Below, one piece after another: positions 30,775 through 40,651 of a DNA stretch of 64,000 nucleotides. Position numbers and translations under genes: made by a program. The notes under the pieces were generated by a model that saw nothing but the letters and a program-made list of their open reading frames with translations, searched no databases and was not told where the DNA came from. Each line of letters begins with the position of its first letter. Position 1 is the stretch's first letter. This DNA is from an uncultured Planctomycetota bacterium. Lineage in GTDB: Bacteria; Planctomycetota; Planctomycetia; Isosphaerales; Isosphaeraceae. The DNA lies in the NCBI GenBank assembly GCA_963823665.1, contig CAWGMQ010000011.1, forward strand, positions 128,001 to 192,000, read 5' to 3'.

Positions 30775-32739
30775 TCACTTGGGCGCCGCCTGCGCCGGGC
30801 TGGTCAGGCGGTCGAACGGATCGGACACCGGTAAAACGAAGCTGAAGTCGTGGACCAGCAGGCCGGCCGTGCCGACCAGGTAGTCGCGGTTTTCCGCGAC
30901 CGTCAAGTTGTAGACCATTTGTGTCGGGCCGGGCTCGATCGATTCGATCGTGGTGGCGCCGCCCAACATGCGGAGGCGGTCACCGGCTTTCAGGTCGCGG
31001 GCCATGGTCCAGCCGTTGCCGGCTTTCCAGAAGCGGTGGATACCGGTGGCGACGATGGTTTCGCTGTCCTGCGTGATTCGCAATGTAGCGGATGGACCAT
31101 TCACGTGAGTGGCCAGAACCGGTTGGAACGACAGTGCGCCGGTGGATGTCTGCTGGGACAGGATGCGGTCGCCCACGGTCACCGATTCAATCTTTTGAGG
31201 GCCGGTGAGCGTTTGGACCAACGTTCCGGCAGCGAAGCAGGCACCATGCGGCCGCGCGGGTGCACCCGGCACGAAGCCCGTCACCACGGAGACCTGGATG
31301 TTGGGCGTGTCAACCGAATCGACAAAGGTCGGTTTCGCACTGGAGTAGCGATCGTCATAAACATAACCGAGCTGTTCCGCCCACCACCGCCGCCATGCCT
31401 GGGGGTCGGCGCCCAATTTCTGCCCGGTCAGCGATTCAAGGACAGGCAACAATCGCTCGTTGAATTGATCGATTTGAGTGTTGGCGGCCTGGATCATCCG
31501 GATGTCGTCCTCGAGCGTCTTCTGCACAGCGGCTGTCGCTTGAAGCGATTGTTGCATTGCAGCGGCGATCGACATCTCCCGTTCCCATGCGAGATTCAAA
31601 TTGAACTGAGCACTGGCTGTCAGTGCCTGCGGGGCCCTGGCCGAGGACGTCGGCACGACCATGCCGCCGGCCATCGGGGCAGCCGTCGGCATGGAAGCCA
31701 CGGGCGGCGACATGCGCGTCTCGACGGTGGGAAACCAATAGAAACGCTGAAGGTCGAACTGCTCGCCGTCGACGACGAGTGAGCCGGTCGAGCCAGAGCC
31801 AGTTCCCGGGTTGATCTTGTACTTGTACGGCTTGTGAACCATGTTGATCAGCCGGCCGATCACGTCGCGCGGGTCGCGCCCGAGGAGTGCCTGCGCGGCA
31901 CGTTCGCGCACGTCGGCTGAAGGTGAATCGAGAGCAAGCAGTGCAATACCGCTCGAGGCGGTCGGCCCCTCGATCTGGCTGAACAGCTCGACCGCGACGA
32001 GCTGGATTGTCGGGCTGCCAGAGGCGAAGGTCGTCCAGATCATCGGCACGGCGCGGGGATCCGTGATCTGATAGACTTCGCGCTGAGCCTTGAGCCTGCG
32101 GGCCTCAATCGTGCTTTCCAGTGCGGCGCGTAGTTTTTCCAGTCGCGGTCTCCACTCCTTATCGGCGCGCTTCTGTCGATCGGCTTCGAGTTTCTGGACG
32201 GCCAGGTCGTCGGGCTTGACCCAGCGATCGTGGTTTTTCTTGTAGCCGAGGCGGACCCACGCGATATCGCGGGAGGGGTCGAGGCGGGTGACCACGTTGT
32301 AGTGAGCCATGGCCTCATCCTTGAGCCCCTTTTCCAGGCACCAGGCAGCGAGTCGCAACTGGGCGTCCGCGTTCTTCTGGGGTGTGCGAACGCGGCGATC
32401 AAGGTATTCGCGAAAGACGGCCTGGAGCTCGGGATCCTCGTGGATTTCCTTCTCGACCTGGTCGGGTTTGGCCCATTTGCCTTGGAAGGCGATCAGGCCG
32501 AGGAGCGCTCGGGCAAGCGCGTTTGAGGGGTCGAGAGACGACGCGATGGAGAGGTGCTTGATTCGCTCGGCGGAGAGGCCGTGGGTTTCGCACCAGAGGG
32601 CGAGCTTCACGTGCGCGGCGGCGTTCTTGCCGGCGTTGGCGGCGGCAGTCTGATAGGCAGCGCGATCGGCGGGTGTCGCCTCGGCGAGCTTGCCGTCGTC
32701 GCCCAACATGAGGAAGCAGAGCAGAATTGCTTGGACCAT
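30775..32739 (-). CDS. Hint-domain protein, copy 7
   Basis: Start set at MVQAILLC by alignment and ggag RBS; GACFAAGTLV...LLVHD. Confidence 0.92.
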   Translation of the reverse strand: MVQAILLCFLMLGDDGKLAEATPADRAAYQTAAANAGKNAAAHVKLALWCETHGLSAERIKHLSIASSLDPSNALARALLGLIAFQGKWAKPDQVEKEIHEDPELQAVFREYLDRRVRTPQKNADAQLRLAAWCLEKGLKDEAMAHYNVVTRLDPSRDIAWVRLGYKKNHDRWVKPDDLAVQKLEADRQKRADKEWRPRLEKLRAALESTIEARRLKAQREVYQITDPRAVPMIWTTFASGSPTIQLVAVELFSQIEGPTASSGIALLALDSPSADVRERAAQALLGRDPRDVIGRLINMVHKPYKYKINPGTGSGSTGSLVVDGEQFDLQRFYWFPTVETRMSPPVASMPTAAPMAGGMVVPTSSARAPQALTASAQFNLNLAWEREMSIAAAMQQSLQATAAVQKTLEDDIRMIQAANTQIDQFNERLLPVLESLTGQKLGADPQAWRRWWAEQLGYVYDDRYSSAKPTFVDSVDTPNIQVSVVTGFVPGAPARPHGACFAAGTLVQTLTGPQKIESVTVGDRILSQQTSTGALSFQPVLATHVNGPSATLRITQDSETIVATGIHRFWKAGNGWTMARDLKAGDRLRMLGGATTIESIEPGPTQMVYNLTVAENRDYLVGTAGLLVHDFSFVLPVSDPFDRLTSPAQAAPK

Positions 32740-32803
32740 GATTTTCTCCAAAGGCGGGGCGATACTCGCGATTCTGAATATTGCACGTTGGCAATGAGGA
32801 CAA

Positions 32804-34717
32804 CTACTTCTGCGCTGGCGGCGCCTCCGTTCGCTGGCGGTCGAATGGCTCGGTAACCGGGAGGACGAAGCTGAAATCGTGCACCAGCAGACCGGAGGAG
32901 CCTACCAGGAAGTCACGGGCCTGGGCGACGTCCAGGTTATACACCTTCTGGGATGGGCCCGGCTCGATCGATTCAACTTTCACGACGCCGCAGATCATGC
33001 GGAGCCGATCGCCGACGCTCAAGTCGCGTGCCATGGTCCAGCCTTTGCCGGCCTTCCAGAAGCGGTGAATGCCGGTGGCGACGATGGTTTCGCCGCCTGC
33101 GGAAATTCGCAGCGTATCGGCGGGGCCATTCACGTGCGTGGCGAGCACGGGCTGGAACGAGAGGGCACCGGTTCCGGTGTCCTGCGAGAGGACGCGGTCG
33201 CCGAGGGCGATCGCCTCGATCTTGCGTGGGCCGGCGAAGGTCTGGACCAAGGTTCCGGCTCCGAAGCAGGCGTTGTGGGGAACCAGGATCGGAAACCCGA
33301 CGAAATCGGTAAACGTGGGCTTGTTCTCGGCATATCGGTCATCGATGACGACGCCCTGCTGGTCTGCCCACCACGTTTGCCAGGCCTGGGGATCAGCACC
33401 AAAACTCTGGCCGGTGAGCGATCGCAGGAGCGGCAGCACAGTGTCGTCGGTCTGTCTGATTTGCGCGTTGACCTGCTCGATCGTTTCGACGTCGCTTTCC
33501 AGTTTCTGCTGCACGATCTGATCGCGGCGAACGCTTTCCTGGAAGAGCGCCGTGGCGACTTGCTGTTGTGCCAGTGCGTGAGCCCGGCCGGAGATCGTCA
33601 TCACGGCCGCAGCGCCGTTGCCGGACTGACCGGCGGCGGGTGTGGGAGTGACCAGCATCGCATTCCAGGCAATTGTTGCGGGTGGGACCAAGCCAACCTC
33701 CACGTCGGGGAAACGATAGAAGCGCCGGATGTCGAACCGTTCGCCGTCGACGAAGAGGGCGCCGATCGATCCAGGGCCGGATCCCGGCCTGATTTCGTAT
33801 TTGAATGGCCGATGAATGGCGGCTACGAGCCAGCCGATCACGTCGCGGGGGTCGCGGTTCGTCAGGGCTTTGGCGGCGCGCGAGCGGACATCGGCCGAGG
33901 GCCTCTCGACGGCGAGCACGGCCAGTCCGAACGATGCCGCGGGCCCTTCGATCTGGGAGAGCAGCTCGACGGCGACGAGCTGCATCTTTTCACTGCCGTG
34001 GCCGAAGATCTTCCAGATCATCGGCAGCGCGCGGGGATCGGTTACCTGGTAGAGCTCGCGCTCGGCTTTCAACCGGCGCGTCTCGACCGGGCTTTCCATG
34101 GCTTCGTGCAGCTTCTCGAGTCTCGTCTTCCACTCTTTATCGGCGTGCTTCTGGCGCTCAGCTTCGAGCTTCTGGGCCGCGAGAACCTCGGGCTTTGACC
34201 AGCGGTCGAGGTGCTTCTTGTAGCCAAGGCGAATCCAGGCGATGTCTCGCGACGGATCGAGGCGGGTGACCAGATGGTAGTGGGCCATGGCCTCGTCCTT
34301 GAGTCCGTTTTCGAGGCACCAGGCGGCCAGGCGCAACTGGGCGTCGACGTTTTTTGGAGGTGTGCGCACGCGGCGATCGAGGTACTCGCGGACGAGGGCC
34401 TGGAGCTTGGGGTCGGCGTGGATTTCCTTCGCGACCTCGTCGGGTTTGGCCCATTTGCCCTGGAAGGCCATCAGGCCCAAGAGGGCGCGGGCCAGCGCAT
34501 TTGAAGGGTCGAGAGACGACGCGATGGTCAGGTGCTTGATTCGCTCCGAGGAAAGGGTGTGGGTTTCGCACCAGAGGGCGAGCTTCACGTGCGCGGCGGC
34601 GTTCTTGCCGGCCTTGGCGGCGGCCGTTTCGTAGGCGGCGCGATCGCTTGCAGCTCGCTCGGGGGGTTTGCCGCCGTCGGTGAGGATGGCACAACAGAGC
34701 AGGATGGCGTGGAGCAT
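32804..34717 (-). CDS. Hint-domain protein, copy 6
   Basis: Start set at MLHAILLCC; NACFGAGTLV...LLVHD. Confidence 0.92.
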   Translation of the reverse strand: MLHAILLCCAILTDGGKPPERAASDRAAYETAAAKAGKNAAAHVKLALWCETHTLSSERIKHLTIASSLDPSNALARALLGLMAFQGKWAKPDEVAKEIHADPKLQALVREYLDRRVRTPPKNVDAQLRLAAWCLENGLKDEAMAHYHLVTRLDPSRDIAWIRLGYKKHLDRWSKPEVLAAQKLEAERQKHADKEWKTRLEKLHEAMESPVETRRLKAERELYQVTDPRALPMIWKIFGHGSEKMQLVAVELLSQIEGPAASFGLAVLAVERPSADVRSRAAKALTNRDPRDVIGWLVAAIHRPFKYEIRPGSGPGSIGALFVDGERFDIRRFYRFPDVEVGLVPPATIAWNAMLVTPTPAAGQSGNGAAAVMTISGRAHALAQQQVATALFQESVRRDQIVQQKLESDVETIEQVNAQIRQTDDTVLPLLRSLTGQSFGADPQAWQTWWADQQGVVIDDRYAENKPTFTDFVGFPILVPHNACFGAGTLVQTFAGPRKIEAIALGDRVLSQDTGTGALSFQPVLATHVNGPADTLRISAGGETIVATGIHRFWKAGKGWTMARDLSVGDRLRMICGVVKVESIEPGPSQKVYNLDVAQARDFLVGSSGLLVHDFSFVLPVTEPFDRQRTEAPPAQK

Positions 34718-34747
34718 GGTTTTCTCCGGCACAATAATGCGGCGAGT

Positions 34748-36676
34748 TTACTTGGAGCCAACTGCCGCCGTGCTTGTCAGGCGGTCAAACGGTTCAGAAA
34801 CCGGGAGTACGAAACCGTAGTCGTGTACGAGCAGGCCGGCGGAGCCGACCATGAAGTCGCGGTTCTGTGCGACATCGAGGTTATACACCTTCTGGGATGG
34901 GCCGGGCTCGATTGATTCAATTGTCACGACGCCGCCGATCATGCGGAGGCGATCGCCGGCGCTCAAGTCGCGGGCCATGGTCCAGCCTTTGCCGGCTTTC
35001 CAGAATCGGTGGATGCCGGTGGCGACGATCGTTTCGCGACCTGCGGAAATACGAAGCGTCTCCGTGGGTCCATTCACGTGGGTAGCAAGCACGGGCTGGA
35101 ACGAAAGGGCACCGGTCGTTGTGTCCTCCGAGAGGATGCGGTCGCCGATGGCGATCGACTCGATCGTGCGCGGGCCGGCGAGTGTCTGAACCAATGTCCC
35201 GGCGGCGAAACAGGAATGGTGCGGAACGACGTCCGGCAGCGAGACGAAATCGGTGAACGTGGGCTTGTTCTGGGCCTGGGCATACCGGTCATCAACGACG
35301 ACGCCGAGCTGGTCTGCCCACCAAGTTTTCCACGCCTGCGGGTCGGCGCCAAAATTCTGGCCGGTGAGCGAACCGAGCAGCGGGAGCACGCGGTCGTTGG
35401 TCTGGTTGATCTGGGCATTCACGTCCTCGACCATCGCGACGTCGCTTTCGAGTTTCTGCCGCACCACCTGGTCGCGAGCGAAGGCTTCTTGCAACATTAT
35501 GGCGCCGAGCTGCTGCCGCCCAATTGCATAGGCCCTGCCCGACAGCGTCATCATGGTCGACACCTGCGACGCGCTCGAACCGGCCTGCGTGGTGACGGGA
35601 GCCGGGTTCAAAATCGGCAGGTTCGCGAGAACCTGAACCGGTGGCATCAATTGAGCCTCCACCTCCGGGAAGCGATAGAATCGCCGGATGTCAAATCGTT
35701 CGCCGTCCACAAGAAGCGATCCGGTCGATCCGGGGCCGGCTCCGGGCTTGATTTCGTACTTGAACGGCCGATGGATGGCGCTCACGAGCCAGCCAATGAC
35801 GTCTCGGGGATCGCGGTTCGTGAGGGCTTTGGCGGCACGCGAGCGGACGTCGGCCGACGTCCGTTCGAGCGCTAGCACGGCCAGTCCGAACGACGCCGCT
35901 GGCCCTTCGACCTGGGAGAGGAGCTCGACGGCGACGAGCTGCATCTTTTCACTGCCGTTGCCGAAGGTTTTGAAGATCATTGGAAGCGCTCGGGGATCGG
36001 TCACCTTGTAGAGCTCACGCTCGGCCTTCAGCCGCCGTGTCTCGATCGAGCTTTCCATGCCGTCGCGCAGCTTCTCGAGCCGCGGCTTCCACTCCTTATC
36101 GGCTAGTTTCTGGCGATCGGCTTCAAGCTTCTGGGCCGCGAGAACCTCGGGCTTTGACCAGCGGTCATGGTGCTTCGTGAATCCGAGCCGAAGCCAGGCG
36201 ACATCCCGAGAAGGGTCGAGTTGCGTCACGACGTGGTAGTGCGCCATCGCCTCGTCCTTGAGTCCGTTTTCGAGGCACCAGGCGGCGAGTCGCAACTGGG
36301 CGTCGACGTTTTTTTGAGGTGTGTGCACGCGGCGATCGAGGTACTCGCGGTAGAGGGTGTCAAACTTCGGGTCGGCGTGGATTTCCTTCTCAACCTGGTC
36401 GGGTTTGGCCCATTTGCCCTGGAAGGCCACCAAGCCCAAGAGGGCGCGGGCAAGCGCATTTGAAGGGTCGAGAGACGACGCAATGGTCAGGTGCTTGATT
36501 CGCTCTGAGGAAAGGCCGTGGGTTTCGCACCAGAGAGCGAGCTTGACGTGCGCGGCGGGGTTTTTGCCGGCTTTGGCGGCGGCCGCGTCGTAGGCGGCTC
36601 GATCGGCGGTGGTCGCCTCGGCGGGTTTTCCGCCGTCACCCACCAACACAAGGCAGAGCAGGATTGCGTGGAGCAT
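34748..36676 (-). CDS. Hint-domain protein, copy 5
   Basis: MLHAILLC; HSCFAAGTLV...LLVHD. Confidence 0.92.
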   Translation of the reverse strand: MLHAILLCLVLVGDGGKPAEATTADRAAYDAAAAKAGKNPAAHVKLALWCETHGLSSERIKHLTIASSLDPSNALARALLGLVAFQGKWAKPDQVEKEIHADPKFDTLYREYLDRRVHTPQKNVDAQLRLAAWCLENGLKDEAMAHYHVVTQLDPSRDVAWLRLGFTKHHDRWSKPEVLAAQKLEADRQKLADKEWKPRLEKLRDGMESSIETRRLKAERELYKVTDPRALPMIFKTFGNGSEKMQLVAVELLSQVEGPAASFGLAVLALERTSADVRSRAAKALTNRDPRDVIGWLVSAIHRPFKYEIKPGAGPGSTGSLLVDGERFDIRRFYRFPEVEAQLMPPVQVLANLPILNPAPVTTQAGSSASQVSTMMTLSGRAYAIGRQQLGAIMLQEAFARDQVVRQKLESDVAMVEDVNAQINQTNDRVLPLLGSLTGQNFGADPQAWKTWWADQLGVVVDDRYAQAQNKPTFTDFVSLPDVVPHHSCFAAGTLVQTLAGPRTIESIAIGDRILSEDTTTGALSFQPVLATHVNGPTETLRISAGRETIVATGIHRFWKAGKGWTMARDLSAGDRLRMIGGVVTIESIEPGPSQKVYNLDVAQNRDFMVGSAGLLVHDYGFVLPVSEPFDRLTSTAAVGSK

Positions 36677-36733
36677 TTGTTTCTCAGTTCGGCGTCTGAG
36701 GGTGGCCGCGAAGGTGACACGTTGGCGATGAGA

Positions 36734-38707
36734 TCACTTGGACGCCGCCGGCGCCACGATCGTTTGGCGGTCGAACGGTTCGGGCACCGGTAAAACGAAG
36801 CTGAAGTCGTGGACCAGCAGGCCGGCCGCGCCGACCAGGTAGTCGCGGTTTTCCGCGACGGTCAAGTTATAGACCATTTGTGTCGGGCCGGGCTCGATCG
36901 ATTCGATCGTGGTGGTGCCACCGATCATTCGGAGGCGGTCGCCGGCTTTCAGGTCGCGGGCCATGGTCCAGCCTTTGCCGGCTTTCCAGAAGCGGTGGAT
37001 GCCGGTGGCGACGATGGTTTCGCCGGCCTGCGTGATTCGCAATGTGGCCGATGGACCATTCAGGTGGGTGGCCAGAACCGGCTGGAACGACAGAGCGCCG
37101 GTGGATGTCTGCTGGGACAGGATGCGGTCGCCCACGGTCACCGATTCAATCTTTCGAGGGCCGGTGAGCGTCTGGACCAACGTTCCGGCAGCGAAGCATG
37201 CGCCATGCGGCTGGTGGACCGGTCCCCCGAATACGAGCAGAAAGATGTGGCGGTGCGCCGCACTCGCGCCGATGTCGGGCGGGTTGACCGAATCGACGCG
37301 GGTTGGTTTGGCACTGGGATAACGATCGTCATCGACATAACCGAGCAGATCCGTCCACCAACGCCGCCATGCCTCGGGATCGGCGCCCAGACTCTGCCCG
37401 GTGAGCGTTTCAAGGATAGGGAGCACGCGGTCGTTCAGTTGATCGATCTGCGTGTTCAAGTCCTGTATCATTCTGATGTCGTCCTCGAGCTTCTGCTGCA
37501 CGGAGGCGTTCGCTTGAAGCAACTGTCGGGTCGCGGTGGCGGTCGACATCTCCGGTTCCGGTCTGGCGGTTGCATTGTAATAGGCAAAGGATGTTGCCGT
37601 GTGACCGGCGCCCAAATCCTTGATGAGGACGTGGCCACCAGCGGCGGTGACAGTCGTGAGCTCGAACGCGGGAGGCGCCATGCGCGGATCGAAGGTGGGA
37701 AACCGGTAGAAACGTTTCAGGTCGAACTGCTCGCCGTCGACCTCGAGCGAGCCAGTCGAGCCCGAGCCTGTTCCCTGGTTGATCTTGTACTTGTAGGGCT
37801 TGTGAACCATGTAGATCAGCCGGCCAATCACGTCGCGCGGGTCGCGCTCGAGGAGAGCCTGCGCGGCACGTTTGCGCACGTCCGGTGAAGGTGAATCGAG
37901 AGCAAGCAGTGCAATACCGCTTGAAGCGGTCGGCCCCTCGATCTGGCTGAACAGCTCGACCGCGACGAGCTGGATCGTCTCGCTGCCATTGCAGAAGGTC
38001 CTCCAGATCATCGGCACGGCGCGGGGATCGGTGATCTGATAGACTTCGCGCTGGGCCTTGAGCCTGCGGGTCTCAATCGTGCTCTCGAGCGCGCCTCGTA
38101 GTTTTTCCAGTCGCGGCCGCCACTCCTTATCGGCGCGCTTCTGTCGTTCGGCTTCGAGTTTCTGGGCAGCCAGGTCGTCGGGCTTGACCCAGCGGTCGTG
38201 GGTTTTCTTAAAGCCGAGGCGGACCCACGCGATATCGCGCGAGGGGTCGAGGCGGGTGACCACGTTGTAGTGAACCATGGCCTCGTCCTTGAGTCCGTTT
38301 TCGAGGCACCAGGTGGCGAGTCGCAACTGGGCGTCGACGTTCTTCTGGGGTGTACGAACGCGGCGATCAAGGTATTCCCGGATCAGTGCCTGGAGCTTGC
38401 GGTCGTCGTGGATTTGCTTTTCGACCTGATCCGCTTTGGCCCATTTGCCCTGGAAGGCCATCTGGCCCAGGAGGCCGCGGGCGAGGACGTTCGAGGGGTC
38501 GAGGGTCGATGCGATGGTCAGATGCTTGGCTCGCTCGGAGGAGAGACCGTGAGTTTCGCACCACAGGGCAAGCTTGACGTGCGCGGCGGCGTTCTTGCCG
38601 GCCTTGGCGGCGGAAGCCTCGTAGGCGGCTCGATCGCCGGCGCTTGAATCCGCGGGTTTGCCGCCGTCGGCGAGCAAGGCGACGCAGAGCAGGATGACAT
38701 GGACCAT
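36734..38707 (-). CDS. Hint-domain protein, copy 4
   Basis: Start set at MVHVILLC; GACFAAGTLV...LLVHD. Confidence 0.92.
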   Translation of the reverse strand: MVHVILLCVALLADGGKPADSSAGDRAAYEASAAKAGKNAAAHVKLALWCETHGLSSERAKHLTIASTLDPSNVLARGLLGQMAFQGKWAKADQVEKQIHDDRKLQALIREYLDRRVRTPQKNVDAQLRLATWCLENGLKDEAMVHYNVVTRLDPSRDIAWVRLGFKKTHDRWVKPDDLAAQKLEAERQKRADKEWRPRLEKLRGALESTIETRRLKAQREVYQITDPRAVPMIWRTFCNGSETIQLVAVELFSQIEGPTASSGIALLALDSPSPDVRKRAAQALLERDPRDVIGRLIYMVHKPYKYKINQGTGSGSTGSLEVDGEQFDLKRFYRFPTFDPRMAPPAFELTTVTAAGGHVLIKDLGAGHTATSFAYYNATARPEPEMSTATATRQLLQANASVQQKLEDDIRMIQDLNTQIDQLNDRVLPILETLTGQSLGADPEAWRRWWTDLLGYVDDDRYPSAKPTRVDSVNPPDIGASAAHRHIFLLVFGGPVHQPHGACFAAGTLVQTLTGPRKIESVTVGDRILSQQTSTGALSFQPVLATHLNGPSATLRITQAGETIVATGIHRFWKAGKGWTMARDLKAGDRLRMIGGTTTIESIEPGPTQMVYNLTVAENRDYLVGAAGLLVHDFSFVLPVPEPFDRQTIVAPAASK

Positions 38708-38737
38708 GATTTTCTCCCGCACGCTTGCGCGGCGAGC

Positions 38738-40619
38738 TCATCTGGAAGCAATGGGTGCAGCGTTTGTGACGCGGTCAAACGGCTCGGAAACCGGTTGCAC
38801 GAAGCTGAAGTCGTGCACGAGCAGGCCGGCGCTGCCGACCAGGAAGTCGCGGTTCTCGGCGACCGTCAGGTTATAGACCTTCTGGGTCGGTCCGGGCTCG
38901 ATTGACTGAATGGATACGATTCCGCCAATCATGCGCAGGCGATCGCCGGATTTCAGGTCGCGGGCCATGGTCCAGCCGTTGCCGGCCTTCCAGAAGCGGT
39001 GGATGCCGGTGGCGACGATGGTTTCGCTGCCGAGCGCGATTCGCAGTGTTTGGGACGGGCCGTTCAGATGGGTGGCGAAAACGGGCTGGAACGACAGTGC
39101 GCCGGTTGAAGATTGCTGAGACAGGACGCGGTCGCCGGCGGCGATGGATTCGATCTTGCGCGGGCCTGTGACGGTTTGAACCAGGGTCCCGGCGGCGAAG
39201 CAGGCCGTGTGCGGAACGATCACCTCTGTGAAGAGGGGCTTATCCTCGGAATAGCGCGAGTCGTAGACATAGCCTAGCTGCTCGGTCCACCACTTCTTCC
39301 ACTGTTCGGGGTCGACGCCGAAGTTCTGGTTGGTGAGCGACTCGAGCAGGGGCAGGGTGCGCTCATTCGTCTGGGTGATCTCGGCGTTCCATTTCTCCAG
39401 GTCGCGAACGTCGTCTTCGATCCGACGCTGGGTCAGCTCCGCCACTTGCTGAGAGCGCACAGACGGTTCCGGAAAATAGGAGGTGCCCGGGAAGGCGCTC
39501 GTGAGCATTTGACCGGCGGATCTCGCAGAACCGGTATGTCCGACGTTTGCGCTGGCCTGCTGCATCCCGGATGTAAAATTCAGGACTGGAACGAGCCGCA
39601 AGTCGAGGGGAGGAGGTTCATAAAACCGCTCGAGGTCGAATCGTTCTCCATTAACCTTCAGCAAGGCAGGCGTGCCCGGACCTTGCTCCTGCGTTAGCTC
39701 GTATTGATACGGCTTGTGGATGACGGTGACCAACCAGCCTATGATGTTGCGCGGATCGCGGCGTGCCAGGGCGCGCCTCGCCTGGTCGCGGATCGCAGGC
39801 GACGGCCTCTTGATTGCCAGTGCGGCGATCCAGAACGATGCCGCCGGTCCTTCGATCTGCGAGAGCAGTTCAACGGCGACCACCTGACTTTGCTCGCTTC
39901 CATTTCCCAGGATCATGGCAATCAGCGGGACGGCGGGGGTCGTTCACTTGATAGACCTCTCGTTCCGCCTTCAGCCGCCGTGCCTCGATCTTGCTCTCGA
40001 GTCCGTCGCGCAGTTTCTCGAGACGCGACTTCCACTGTACGTCGGCGCGTTTCTGGCGGTCGGCTTCGAGCTTCTGCGCGGCCAGGTCTTCAGGCTTCTG
40101 CCAGCGATCCTTGTGCTTCTTGTAGCCGAGGCGTATCCAGGCAATGTCGCGGGCGGGGTCCAAGCGCGTCACCAGATAGTAGTGAGCCATCGCCTCTTCA
40201 TTGAGCCCGTGTTCGAGGCACCAATTCGCGAGCCGCAACTGGGCGTCAGCCTTGTTCCGGGGAGCCTGCACGCGGCGCTCGAGGTATTCCCGGAGCCGGG
40301 CCTGGAACTTGGGGTCGTTCTGGATGTCCTGCTCGACCTGGTTGGGTTTCGCCCATTTTCCCTGGAACGGCACCAGCCCCAGCAAGCCTCGCGCCTGAGT
40401 ATTCGGGGGGTCGAGAGCGACGGCGAGCGTCAGATGCTTGGCTCGCTCGGCCGTGAAGCCGTGCGCCTCGCACCAGAGCGCGAGCTGGACGTGCGCGGCG
40501 GCGTTCTTGCCGGCCTTTGCGGCGGCAGCCTCGTAGGCGGAACGATCGGCAGCGTTAGATTCGGCGGGCTTGCTGCCGCCGTCGAGCATGGCACAACAGA
40601 GCAGGATCGCGTGGAGCAT
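38738..40619 (-). CDS. Hint-domain protein, copy 3 (1-bp frameshift at ~39930)
   Basis: ORFs 39870..40619 and 38738..39916 join into one paralogue; compared with copy 1, one base is missing in the NDPRAVP codons. Confidence 0.88.
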
Positions 40620-40651
40620 GGTTTTCCTTCCGCACAGATAGCGCGGCGGGC

